A stretch of 32,000 nt of DNA from Cyanobacteria bacterium J06621_8 (GCA_038524995.1 JBCBIE010000022.1:243-32242); one strand, 5' to 3'. Counted from the first letter of the stretch, positions 9,723-18,013 are shown. The notes: generated by a model from the letters alone, not told the origin. Translations and numbers: made by a program.

Positions 9723-11216
9723 TTAAGAAAATGTACCATCACTACCTTGAGATTCCTCTTGCTTAGAGACTCTAATTCCTGCTCTAGCATAATGTAAGTA
9801 CTTATAAATACCTCGATAACTATCTTTAACCTTGCTGTCCCCATCTTCTCTGGGAATAACCCTCGCTTTTAACTGACGATTAGCAGACTCAATCCCATAC
9901 AGCACCAGACCAATTGCCAGCCAAAAAACCAGGCTCAAAATCAATATCGTGCCGTTAATTGCCAAGATACCTGCGCCCTGAGCCAGTATTTGCTCAAAGC
10001 GAATAATCGGCTGATTTAGATCAGGAATTGGCTGATTAACAAATAATCCCGCTGCTAGAGTACCCCAAACCCCACAGCCTAAATGAACGGGAATTGCTCC
10101 TACAGGATCGTCAACCCGCAATCGACGCAGCAAATCTTCCAGCACAATAATCCACAAACTGCCAATGGCACCAATCAGGATTGCTACCGCTAGGCTAACG
10201 TAAATAGATGCTGCGGTAATACTGACTAAGCCACCTAAAATACCGTTAATTACTAAAGGTAGCCCTGGCTTTTGTCCCCGTATTCCCCGTAGCAAGAGGA
10301 TAAAAACCCCTCCTGAAGCTCCCGCCAGCATGGTTGTAACAATTACGTGGGGCACATCATTAATGGAACCTGCGGAACCGCCATTAAACCCTAACCAGCC
10401 CAACCAGAGGATTAAACACCCCAAAGTAGAAAGGGAAAGATTATAGTACTTAAAAGATTGTCTTCGAGCCGAAAAGCGATTTCCCCTTGGTTCATCGGGA
10501 TTGAACCCATACCATCCCCGCCGTGGTCCAATCAGGATTGAACCGACTAATCCCGCCATACCGCCTACAGAATGGACTACCGTTGAACCAGCAAAATCAA
10601 TAAAATTTAGGTTAGTGGCTAGCCAGCCATCAGGATTCCAAGCCCATCGCCCAGTTATCGGATATGCCAAGGCAACTAATAAAAAGCTAAACCAGAAAAA
10701 AGCCCAAAATTTAACTCTTTCTGCCATCGCGCCCGAAACAATAGTGGCTGTTGTCCCCGCGAACACTAGCTGAAAAAAGAACGCTACCATCCAAGGTTTC
10801 CCTGGGTAAAGCTCATTGAGGCTATCGTATCCCAGGTCAAAGCTACTTACTAAAGGAGGTACAAACGCCTTAAAGAAAAACCCCGTAGTTCCCACTACAG
10901 AATTGCCGTTGCCAAACATCAGACCAAAGCCAAGCAGCCAAAAAGCCACAATTGAAACACAGAAAACAATCAGGTTTTTTGCCAGTACATTGGTGGCATT
11001 GCGCGTCTGACATAACCCTGCCTCCAGCATGGCAAATCCAGCGTTCATAAAGAAAACCAGGCTACCTGCTACTATTAACCAGAGTGTTTCAATATAATTG
11101 ATTATCTCTGCTGTTTCTGGAGCTTGAGCCATCCCTGGCTGAGGCAAAATTAGCAGCAAAATTCCCGCTAGCAATAAGCTTATAAATCCGAGCTTGAGTT
11201 TCTTGGCGATCGCCAT
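9723..11216 (-). CDS. amt: Ammonium transporter (Amt family) with signal peptide and C-terminal extension
   Basis: Multi-pass membrane protein with typical Amt blocks (FFMNAGFAMLEAG, VVHSVGGMAGLVGSILIGPR, AIPVHLGCGVWGTLAAGLF). The ORF track starts at a TTG (11231). The ATG at 11216 (MAIAKKLKLGF..., signal-peptide-like) is the more likely start. Confidence 0.9.
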   Translation of the reverse strand: MAIAKKLKLGFISLLLAGILLLILPQPGMAQAPETAEIINYIETLWLIVAGSLVFFMNAGFAMLEAGLCQTRNATNVLAKNLIVFCVSIVAFWLLGFGLMFGNGNSVVGTTGFFFKAFVPPLVSSFDLGYDSLNELYPGKPWMVAFFFQLVFAGTTATIVSGAMAERVKFWAFFWFSFLLVALAYPITGRWAWNPDGWLATNLNFIDFAGSTVVHSVGGMAGLVGSILIGPRRGWYGFNPDEPRGNRFSARRQSFKYYNLSLSTLGCLILWLGWLGFNGGSAGSINDVPHVIVTTMLAGASGGVFILLLRGIRGQKPGLPLVINGILGGLVSITAASIYVSLAVAILIGAIGSLWIIVLEDLLRRLRVDDPVGAIPVHLGCGVWGTLAAGLFVNQPIPDLNQPIIRFEQILAQGAGILAINGTILILSLVFWLAIGLVLYGIESANRQLKARVIPREDGDSKVKDSYRGIYKYLHYARAGIRVSKQEESQGSDGTFS

Positions 11217-11340
11217 CTTACTACAGTGCAAATGTAATATTTAGTATTGAAAATACTGAAATTTTAAGTCGATTGGGTAACATAGCACAAGCAATACTTG
11301 GCTATATTAAGATATTATTTGACTTGGACTTTATAGCCGA

Positions 11341-11372
11341 TAACCTATAACCTATAACCTATAACCTATAAC
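11341..11372. repeat. Heptamer tandem repeat (TAACCTA x about 4.5), STRR-like
   Basis: Read directly: TAACCTATAACCTATAACCTATAACCTATAAC. It lies about 125 bp upstream of the amt start on the minus strand. Confidence 0.9.
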
Positions 11373-11582
11373 GGACATAGCTTTTCAAAGATCTCAATCA
11401 CAGGTTGCTTTAAATCCCTAGCGTATAATTAGTGTAATAGACGATACAGTTATTGTTTTTTTACAAAGTCTCGTATCTTCTGTTACAATTCTTATTAAGT
11501 CAAAGAATAATGCTAAGTTGCTTTTGTTAAGGAACGCGCAACTAAGATTTTTTCCAGACTTATAACAACAACAACTTTCAAC

Positions 11583-11617
11583 AGCCAACTATGGAACAGC
11601 CTGGTTGGCGTTTTTTT
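11583..11617 (+). terminator. Intrinsic-terminator-like hairpin followed by T7
   Basis: GCCAAC(T) at 11584-11590 pairs with (G)GTTGGC at 11603-11609, with a 12-nt loop. It is followed by CG and TTTTTTT (11611-11617). The T-run is present only on the plus strand. No upstream plus-strand CDS is present. Confidence 0.45.
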
Positions 11618-11657
11618 AATTGGTTTCAAGTCTTCATTTACATAACTGACTTAAACT

Positions 11658-12353
11658 ATGCTTTGTATCGGTCATCGTGGTGCTATGGGTCACGAACCAG
11701 AGAATACCTTGCGCTCCATCCAGAAAGCCTTATCTCTTGGGGTTGATGTGGTTGAAGTTGACGTTTATAACGTTGAGAGACGGCTGGTAGTGATTCATGA
11801 CCGTGATTTAGGGCGAACTACCAACGGTACGGGATATGTTGAGGAGTATAGTTTTGCGGATTTGCGGGCTCTGGATGCAGGAAAAGGAGAGAAGATTCCC
11901 ACTCTGGAAGAGGTATTTAATACAGTCAATCGTCAGGCTGTGATTGATATTGAATTGAAAGGCAATAATACTGCTGAATTAGTCGTAGATTTAATTCGGG
12001 AATATCTAAACCAGGGTTGGTCTTGGTCAGATTTTATTGTTTCTTCCTTTAACCATGAAGAATTACACCAGGTAAAGTCTATCTGTGCCGAGATTAAGAC
12101 AGGGATGCTAATTTATGGTTTACCTTGGCGATATCTGGCTATTTTGCAGCAGTTACGGGCTGAAGTTCTCATCGCCAGCATAGATTTTGTCAACCCAGAT
12201 CTGATTGCCTCAGCGCATCGGTTGGGGGTTCCTGTGTGGATTTATACCGTCAATCAAGCTAAGGAAATTGATCGTCTGAGAGGATTAGGGGTTGATGGCA
12301 TAGTTACCAATTACCCTGAAAGAGTTCTTGGTTCAATAAGTAATAGTCATTGA
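11658..12353 (+). CDS. Glycerophosphodiester phosphodiesterase (GDPD family)
   Basis: N-terminal GDPD signature IGHRGAMGHEPENTLRSIQKALSLGVDVVEVDV. The size is typical of UgpQ-like enzymes. Confidence 0.85.
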   Translation: MLCIGHRGAMGHEPENTLRSIQKALSLGVDVVEVDVYNVERRLVVIHDRDLGRTTNGTGYVEEYSFADLRALDAGKGEKIPTLEEVFNTVNRQAVIDIELKGNNTAELVVDLIREYLNQGWSWSDFIVSSFNHEELHQVKSICAEIKTGMLIYGLPWRYLAILQQLRAEVLIASIDFVNPDLIASAHRLGVPVWIYTVNQAKEIDRLRGLGVDGIVTNYPERVLGSISNSH

Positions 12354-12357
12354 TCAA

Positions 12358-14124
12358 TTAATCTAAAGGCTGCATTAACCCCATTAATTTCCGCTTGCGA
12401 CCATGAACTTCCACGAGCTTGGCTCGATAGTCCGACCATTCTTGAGGGCGATTCGCTGTTAAATATGCCTGACGTACTCGTCTGAGCCAGGAGATAGCTG
12501 ACTCATAATATTTTGCCTTTCCCTCATTCATAATTGCTTCTGCTCTGGGAGTAGCGTTGTTGATCACCCAATCAGGATTAGTCTCCATTGACGCATCCAT
12601 CACTCTTTGAATCAGACGATGCCGATAGTCACCCACATTTTCTACTACTGCGATCGCCTGTTTAATCATCCCCTCATCCAGATGAATGTCTACTTTAGCG
12701 GCTGCTGAATTCCAACTATCATCCGCTGCTAACGTCCCCAGTAGTTCCCCCTTCAGATTTGACCAATTATCACCCGCTAGCTGCGCCACTTGACGATAAT
12801 CTGCAAAATTGGGACTGGCTTGAAAAGCTTTGACCTTAGCCTTAACTGCCGTAACCTGGTCATCCAATTCCAGGGCAATTTCGCTCGTCCAGGTAGCCAA
12901 ATCATATTGACAACTTCCAGGTAATCCTAACCCTGCTCTGGCGATCGCCAGAGCTTCAACTTGAGCATTTTGTTCAGTTACTAAGCATCTAGATAATGCC
13001 AGCGCATCCTCCTTATTAGCTAGTAAAGACTGCGCCGCCGTCATCGCTTCGCTGATCCTTCCCAAACTTACTAACTTAGTCAAATATTCAACTACCTGTC
13101 CCGATGCTTCGGCAAAATAAAGATATTCCTCCAGCCGTCCTTGCCGTTCTAAAATATCAAGTCTGATTGCCGCTAAATCCTCAGCATAGGGTGGTGCTTC
13201 TCCTGTCCAGATATTAGAACTCACATTACCCTGAAGTATCCGCTTGAGAGCAGGATTTGACCAACCTTGTTCCAAAGCCGCCAATAAGATGTCAAAACAA
13301 TTCCCCCAGCTATCACGCCAGTACTCAAAATTAACCTGGAGATCTACCTTGTCCGCCTCATCAAGTTTTCCATTAAGAATCGTCTCGCACCAGACACGAC
13401 TCAATAGATAAGCGACATCATCATAATCAACGCCATACTCATCAACTAAATCCCAGTTTTCCAAGCAGGATTCAGTAATAGCAGTTAACATGGCGATCGC
13501 ATTATCAGAATCACCCTGTTGGTTATAGTTACTAGCCTCCTCGATCAGGCTACAAATCTCTTCCGTCGCTGGATCTTCTTCCCCTCCGTATTCATAATGA
13601 CGCACCGAGTCTTCCAGAATATATCTGACTTGGGATCTGATGGCGTTAACATTGACGGTAACTTTTTTCTGGGGTGAACTGCCTTCGGTGGTAACTACTA
13701 CAGGGGGTGCTAGGCGATCTGTAATTCTCTCAATATCATTAACCAGTTCAGGCTTTTTAGCTGCTAACTGCTGAATGAGACTTTGAGTTTGGATTTCGTT
13801 AAGACGATCTAGAATCTCCTCTAAAGTAGCGCGCACTTGAATATGCTCAGGTTCTCGCAAACAAAATAGCAGAGTAGCAACGATATGTTTACAGTAACCA
13901 CCCCAGTCATAAGGACAAGTACAGCTAGCCGTGAGGATGTCATGATCAGCAAACTCAATACTGACAGAATAAAGACTGCTCCCAATAACTTCGGCGCTGA
14001 TTAAATTGCCTCGCTGATTAACCTGTCTTACACAACCTTGGTCGTAATATGATTCTCCCCGTTGCCAAGACTTATGAGTAGCGGATTGACGAATCAGTTC
14101 GAGAGTAAGCTGGGTAATCGACAT
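12358..14124 (-). CDS. SWIM zinc-finger domain protein with long helical C-terminal region
   Basis: SWIM CxC...CxH motif ASCTCPYDWGGYCKHIVATLL near the N-terminus. The rest is unassigned. Confidence 0.7.
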   Translation of the reverse strand: MSITQLTLELIRQSATHKSWQRGESYYDQGCVRQVNQRGNLISAEVIGSSLYSVSIEFADHDILTASCTCPYDWGGYCKHIVATLLFCLREPEHIQVRATLEEILDRLNEIQTQSLIQQLAAKKPELVNDIERITDRLAPPVVVTTEGSSPQKKVTVNVNAIRSQVRYILEDSVRHYEYGGEEDPATEEICSLIEEASNYNQQGDSDNAIAMLTAITESCLENWDLVDEYGVDYDDVAYLLSRVWCETILNGKLDEADKVDLQVNFEYWRDSWGNCFDILLAALEQGWSNPALKRILQGNVSSNIWTGEAPPYAEDLAAIRLDILERQGRLEEYLYFAEASGQVVEYLTKLVSLGRISEAMTAAQSLLANKEDALALSRCLVTEQNAQVEALAIARAGLGLPGSCQYDLATWTSEIALELDDQVTAVKAKVKAFQASPNFADYRQVAQLAGDNWSNLKGELLGTLAADDSWNSAAAKVDIHLDEGMIKQAIAVVENVGDYRHRLIQRVMDASMETNPDWVINNATPRAEAIMNEGKAKYYESAISWLRRVRQAYLTANRPQEWSDYRAKLVEVHGRKRKLMGLMQPLD

Positions 14125-14216
14125 TGCTTTTGCAGGATGGCTTTTGTTTCATCTTACAGCGAGGGAATATATAGCCGTACAACTTTAATTTAGGACAACT
14201 TTTATGTATCTGCTCG

Positions 14217-14250
14217 TAAGTAATAAGTAATGAGTAATAAGTAATAAGTG
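14217..14250. repeat. Heptamer tandem repeat (TAAGTAA x about 5), STRR-like
   Basis: Read directly: TAAGTAATAAGTAATGAGTAATAAGTAATAAGTG. It lies about 95 bp upstream of the SWIM gene start. Confidence 0.9.
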
Positions 14251-14351
14251 TTCTAATCTAAGTCTGTGTTGCTCAATCAAATAATGTCCTAATCTAGATC
14301 CGTAATGCTATACATGCTAATTTTTAGGTAACAGTTAACTCTAAGAAAGAA

Positions 14352-14855
14352 TCACAAACTACGGTTAATTGCTTCAATAAAATCGGCTTCAATAGTCAAA
14401 GGACTTTCAGCTATCCCCCGATTAACAAAAGTAACCAAATCCTTTGCAACCAACTTCGGCAAACAAATACTATCCGCAACTTCCTGATAGCCAGCATCCT
14501 CCAAGCGATAAAAAGTAAGCTGGTTATTCTGCCAAAACCAAACCTCTGGCACGCCTAAAATGCAGTACTTCTCTAAATCTTCTATGCCACCACTGGAAAA
14601 AATAACCTCAATTGTCAGATCGGGAATATCTTTATCTGTATTAAAAGCATAGGATACATCAGGCTCTTTACCAACTAGAGGGTTCTTCTTCAGCGTAGTA
14701 GAGCCACGAGGAAAGTATGTGAGTTTAAACTGACGACAATAAGCAGCAATCAAAATTGGGAAGATTTGAGCAATTTTTTCATGGTTAACACTGGGAGACA
14801 TCAGAGTAATAACTCCATTGAGGAAAGACGTTAGAGGATATCTGAAAAGTCTCAA
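14352..14855 (-). pseudogene. 5'-truncated duplicate of the Uma2-family gene at 18014-18619
   Basis: The encoded residues from NGVITLMSPS to EAINRS are identical to the full-length copy. The N-terminal ~55 residues of the full copy are replaced by 11 unrelated codons (MRLFRYPLTSF) after a TTG. Confidence 0.8.
14362..14835. repeat. Left copy of a 474-bp direct repeat
   Basis: 14362-14816 is identical base for base to 18021-18475 (455 bp). Three mismatches follow in the next 19 bp, then the sequences diverge completely. There is frayed partial identity for about 12 bp beyond the other end. Confidence 0.9.
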
Positions 14856-14999
14856 TTGCTACTTTATAGCCAATCCTATCCAACGGAATCATAATAGTTT
14901 CAACATTGTTATCTAGGTCTGAAATCTGATTTAGAGGTGACAAAATTTACTTTTCAGATGACCTCTCAGAATTCATCTAGTTCAAAAAATAACTCTCTG

Positions 15000-15089
15000 A
15001 TGCCTAAGCTGCCAGCCTTTAGAGCCAAACAACTAATCTCTGTGCTTGAAAAAATTGGTATTGAGATAGTATCGCGATCTCTACTATGA
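15000..15089 (+). pseudogene. hicA: HicA/YcfA-like toxin gene fragment (N-terminal ~27 residues only)
   Basis: MPKLPAFRAKQLISVLEKIGIEIVSRS matches the characteristic HicA-family N-terminus (MPKLP..(K/R)..I..LEK.GF..V). The conserved downstream GSH region is absent and a stop follows after 29 codons. An in-frame ATG at 14958 could extend it. Confidence 0.55.
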
Positions 15090-15214
15090 ATTAATTGGAT
15101 GTGTAAAGAATTACAAAATATCATTACAAAAATACTAGCCCAAGTGTTGAAGACACAAGATTAGATAGAATCAAATTACTTAAGCTATGTTTTAAACAAA
15201 TCTAGTCTAAAGCT

Positions 15215-15670
15215 ATGGTGGACTTCTTTATAAGCTATAATTCAGCAGACAAAGATTGGGCGGAATGGATTGCATTCATACTGGAAGAGAATCAGTATAC
15301 TACTGTGATCCAAGTTTGGGATTTTAGACCTGGCTCTAATTTTGCACTAGAAATGCAGAAAGCAGCTTCAGATGCAAACAAAACAATTATTGTTTTATCA
15401 AATAATTATCTTAAATCTAGGTATACTCAGCCCGAATGGGCAGCAGCTTTTGCAGACGATCCCACAGGGAATCAAAGAAAGTTAATTCCAGTAAAAGTAG
15501 AAGAATGCAGCCCCAATGGATTGTTAGATAAAATTGTTCACATTAATATTGCTCATCTAGATTCTAAGGAAGCAGAGAAAGCTCTACTTAGTGGTCTAAA
15601 AGAAGATGTAAGACCTAAAACAAAAGTTAAGTTTCCTGGAAAAAAAAAGTCTGTGATAAAAAGTGCTTAG
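15215..15670 (+). CDS. TIR-domain protein (151 aa in the zero frame)
   Basis: Bacterial TIR hallmarks are present: FFISYNSADKDWAEWIAFILE, IIVLSNNYLKSRYTQPEWAAAF, with a candidate catalytic Glu in QPEW (residue 74). The zero-frame stop TAG is at 15668-15670. Confidence 0.85.
   Translation: MVDFFISYNSADKDWAEWIAFILEENQYTTVIQVWDFRPGSNFALEMQKAASDANKTIIVLSNNYLKSRYTQPEWAAAFADDPTGNQRKLIPVKVEECSPNGLLDKIVHINIAHLDSKEAEKALLSGLKEDVRPKTKVKFPGKKKSVIKSA
15640..15649 (+). promoter_or_regulatory. A9 homopolymer containing an in-phase A_AAA_AAG heptamer (candidate -1 frameshift / transcriptional slippage / phase-variation site)
   Basis: Zero-frame codons are GGA AAA AAA AAG TCT. The heptamer at 15643-15649 is in the X_XXY_YYZ phase. 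The -1 frame (GTC at 15649) is open from 15631 and runs into the NB-ARC ORF. Confidence 0.6.
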
Positions 15671-15720
15671 AGAATTTAAAGCACAAAAATTGCGAAGTCT
15701 TAATTGGTAGACAAAATGAA

Positions 15721-17673
15721 TTGAAATTGCTACTTAAAAGAATTTCTCCCAGCTATACTTTACATATGAATGAGGTAGTTGGAGTTGGCGGTTTGGGTAA
15801 AACAGCTCTGGTATTAGAAGTAGCATACCTATGTAAAAAAGCAAAAGAAGAAGGACTTGAGCAGCTAAATGGACTCAATATCCCCATTTTTGATGCTATT
15901 ATTTTTAGCTCTGCAAAGACAAAAAAACTAGAATCAAGAGGGATTGTAGAGATATCTTCAGAAGCCAGAGATAAATGTTTGCAAGATATATTTCGCACTA
16001 TTGCCGCTACTTTAGATACTCCAATCATTAATCAGGCTACTGCATCAAATCAGCTATCTCAAGTTTATAAATGTTTGGATAATCAACAAACTTTGTTGAT
16101 TATTGATAATATGGAGACCTTAGAAAGGAGTGAAAAAGAGCGAGTTTATGAATTTTTAGGTGATGTGCCTCCAACTACACAAGTAGTCATAACTACTAGG
16201 GAAAAAATTGGCTATCTCTCTATTACTTTAGATGAGCTGTCAAAAGAAGATAGTCTAGAGCTAATTAAGCAAGAAGCTTCTCTTAAAAATATCAATATAT
16301 CGTTTACAGAAGCTACTAAACTGTATAAAAGATTTAAAGGAATTCCTTTAGCATTAAAATATACTATAGGAAAAAAGGCTTCTGGTAGGAGTGTAAACTT
16401 TGACGCTCCATTAGATGATAATATTGCTCAGTTTTGCTTTGAAGACTCATTATCATCTATTAGGGGTAACTACTCTTATAAACTGTTAATGGCTTTAGCA
16501 ATTTTTCCTGGCGATCCTTTAAAAGATTTTTTAGTTGAGGTTGCTGGCTTATCCTCTATCGACCCTGATAAAATTAGCAAAGAATTAGATGAGCTTAAAG
16601 TATTGAATTTAGTTAGTGAATATGATGGAAGGTATCATCTACTAACTATGACCAAAGAGTATACAAGAATAGAGATAGGTAAGAATCAAGAGTTTGAAGA
16701 TATAGCTAGAGAAAGACTTGTTAACCGTTATATTTTATTTACTCAAAAACATGGTGGCTTAGATTGGGAGGAATGGTACGAAGATTCTAAGCAAATCCGA
16801 AATGAATTAGAGAATATAAAGGGAATACTTGACTGGTGTGCTGTAAAAAATCGCTATGAAGATGTTAAAGCAATCTGGAAAAATATAAGTAATTATATAG
16901 ATTTATTAGGTGACTGGCAACTTTGTCTTTATTGGACTGACTGGCTAATTCAAAAATCAATTAAGCGTTCTGAACTAGATACATATATTAGTTTATTAGC
17001 TAGCAAAGCCTGGATTCAAATTTTGATGGGAGGTGAAACAATTCATGATGCCAGAAATCTTTTAATGACTGCTTGGAAGTTAAAGAGTCACTCCAGTGAT
17101 TTGACAAAAACTGAATTAGCTAAAAACTTAGCATTTTTAGACTTAAACCATAAACATCACTATAGGCAATCTATTAGATGGTTAAATCATGCAGAGGGTT
17201 TTTTGAAGCTTACAAAACTTGCCAAAAAAGAGTATAAACGATATGAAATATTGTTTGCATATTATCGCGGTAGGGTGGAGTATTTTCAAAAGAACTTTGA
17301 AATAGCAAAAGAACATTTTGAGCAAGTTATCAAACTTGGAGAAGAAATCAAATGGCAACGTTATTCTAATTATGCTAAACATAGGCTTGGAGACGTAGCC
17401 TTGGAATTAGGTCATTTAGAAATAGCAAGGCAACTTTTAGAAACTGCTTATATTATCGCTAAAAATAACTCAGAGCCTAGAAGGGTATTTTTATGTTTAA
17501 TATCCAAAGCAAAACTAGAAAAAAAATCTGGAAATCTTGAAAAAGCTTGTAAATTAGAAGCTGAAGCTAAACTTCTTAAAGCTAATAATCCTGTCAGTAC
17601 TAGGGATGAAGAAGATTTTAAATTATTACATGATGATTTAGCTTGTGATTTTAGACAATTTGAAACTGTCTAA
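15721..17673 (+). CDS. NB-ARC (AP-ATPase clade) STAND NTPase with C-terminal TPR-like repeats. It has no credible start of its own.
   Basis: P-loop GVGGLGKTAL, Walker B LLIIDNME, VVITTRE, and GLPL-type FKGIPLALKY. The C-terminal ~300 aa is helical and TPR-like. The frame is open from 15631 and already encodes conserved pre-P-loop sequence (VLIGRQNELKLLLKRI). The only start-like codon before the P-loop is the TTG at 15721. The first ATG (15766) lies 5 codons before the P-loop. Confidence 0.8.
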   Translation: MKLLLKRISPSYTLHMNEVVGVGGLGKTALVLEVAYLCKKAKEEGLEQLNGLNIPIFDAIIFSSAKTKKLESRGIVEISSEARDKCLQDIFRTIAATLDTPIINQATASNQLSQVYKCLDNQQTLLIIDNMETLERSEKERVYEFLGDVPPTTQVVITTREKIGYLSITLDELSKEDSLELIKQEASLKNINISFTEATKLYKRFKGIPLALKYTIGKKASGRSVNFDAPLDDNIAQFCFEDSLSSIRGNYSYKLLMALAIFPGDPLKDFLVEVAGLSSIDPDKISKELDELKVLNLVSEYDGRYHLLTMTKEYTRIEIGKNQEFEDIARERLVNRYILFTQKHGGLDWEEWYEDSKQIRNELENIKGILDWCAVKNRYEDVKAIWKNISNYIDLLGDWQLCLYWTDWLIQKSIKRSELDTYISLLASKAWIQILMGGETIHDARNLLMTAWKLKSHSSDLTKTELAKNLAFLDLNHKHHYRQSIRWLNHAEGFLKLTKLAKKEYKRYEILFAYYRGRVEYFQKNFEIAKEHFEQVIKLGEEIKWQRYSNYAKHRLGDVALELGHLEIARQLLETAYIIAKNNSEPRRVFLCLISKAKLEKKSGNLEKACKLEAEAKLLKANNPVSTRDEEDFKLLHDDLACDFRQFETV

Positions 17674-17883
17674 ATGATGATTGAGTTTACGTGAAGCGTA
17701 GAGAAGCACAGCTCTTAAATCATCTATTTCTAAATTGGGAAGCTCCTCCAAAATCTGCTCGGAACTTAACTCTGCTGCAAACAGATCTAGAACATCAGAT
17801 ACTCGAATCCTCATCCCGCGAATACATGGACGACCACCACATTGTCTGGGGTTTACTGTAATTCGTTCAAGTAGCTTTGACAT
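17638..17883 (-). CDS. DUF433-domain protein (antitoxin-like), with no partner toxin gene
   Basis: ITVNPRQCGGRPCIRGMRIRVSDVLDLFAAELSSEQILEELPNLEIDDLRAVLLYA is a typical DUF433 core. Its last 36 nt overlap the 3' end of the convergent NB-ARC ORF. Confidence 0.75.
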   Translation of the reverse strand: MSKLLERITVNPRQCGGRPCIRGMRIRVSDVLDLFAAELSSEQILEELPNLEIDDLRAVLLYASRKLNHHLDSFKLSKITS

Positions 17884-18013
17884 TTGTAGAAAGCTCCATT
17901 ATAGGTTCTTAATCCTTCTGACTAGGCATATAGTCACACTTCATATTATCCCAAACAGACGAGTTACAAAATAGAAGATGTTCCCTCTTAAAACTACCTC
18001 TGAGACAAAATTA

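Noticed and set aside
11234-11247. NtcA-like site GTA-N8-TAT next to amt, and a nearby GTA-N7-TAC at about 11244-11256.
   Set aside because: The first has an imperfect half-site and lies only 3-18 nt from the candidate start codons, which is too close for a class II activator site. The second has the wrong spacing. No canonical GTAN8TAC was seen in 11232-11400.
11529-11540. AAGGAACGCGC, reminiscent of the 3' conserved segment of the glutamine (glnA) riboswitch near a nitrogen gene.
   Set aside because: The other conserved parts (a 5' CGUUC pairing partner and a GGAAGUAGG-like segment) are absent on either strand.
8643-14250. Whether any of the tandem repeats (15-bp units, heptamers) could be a CRISPR array.
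   Set aside because: The units are contiguous with no spacers, far shorter than CRISPR repeats, and one set is in-frame coding sequence.
14841-14958. 10-bp inverted repeat TCTGAAAAGT / ACTTTTCAGA flanking ~98 bp at the left cassette junction (possible element end).
   Set aside because: A few such AT-rich 10-mers are expected by chance in 32 kb. There is no matching sequence at the right junction (17884-18020).
15663-15684. Possible frameshift-stimulating hairpin downstream of the slippery site (GTGCTT ... AAGCAC, 10-nt loop).
   Set aside because: The stem is only 6 bp and AT-rich, and it lies 13 nt from the heptamer. That is too weak and too distant to count as evidence for programmed frameshifting. 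It is not used to support the finding.
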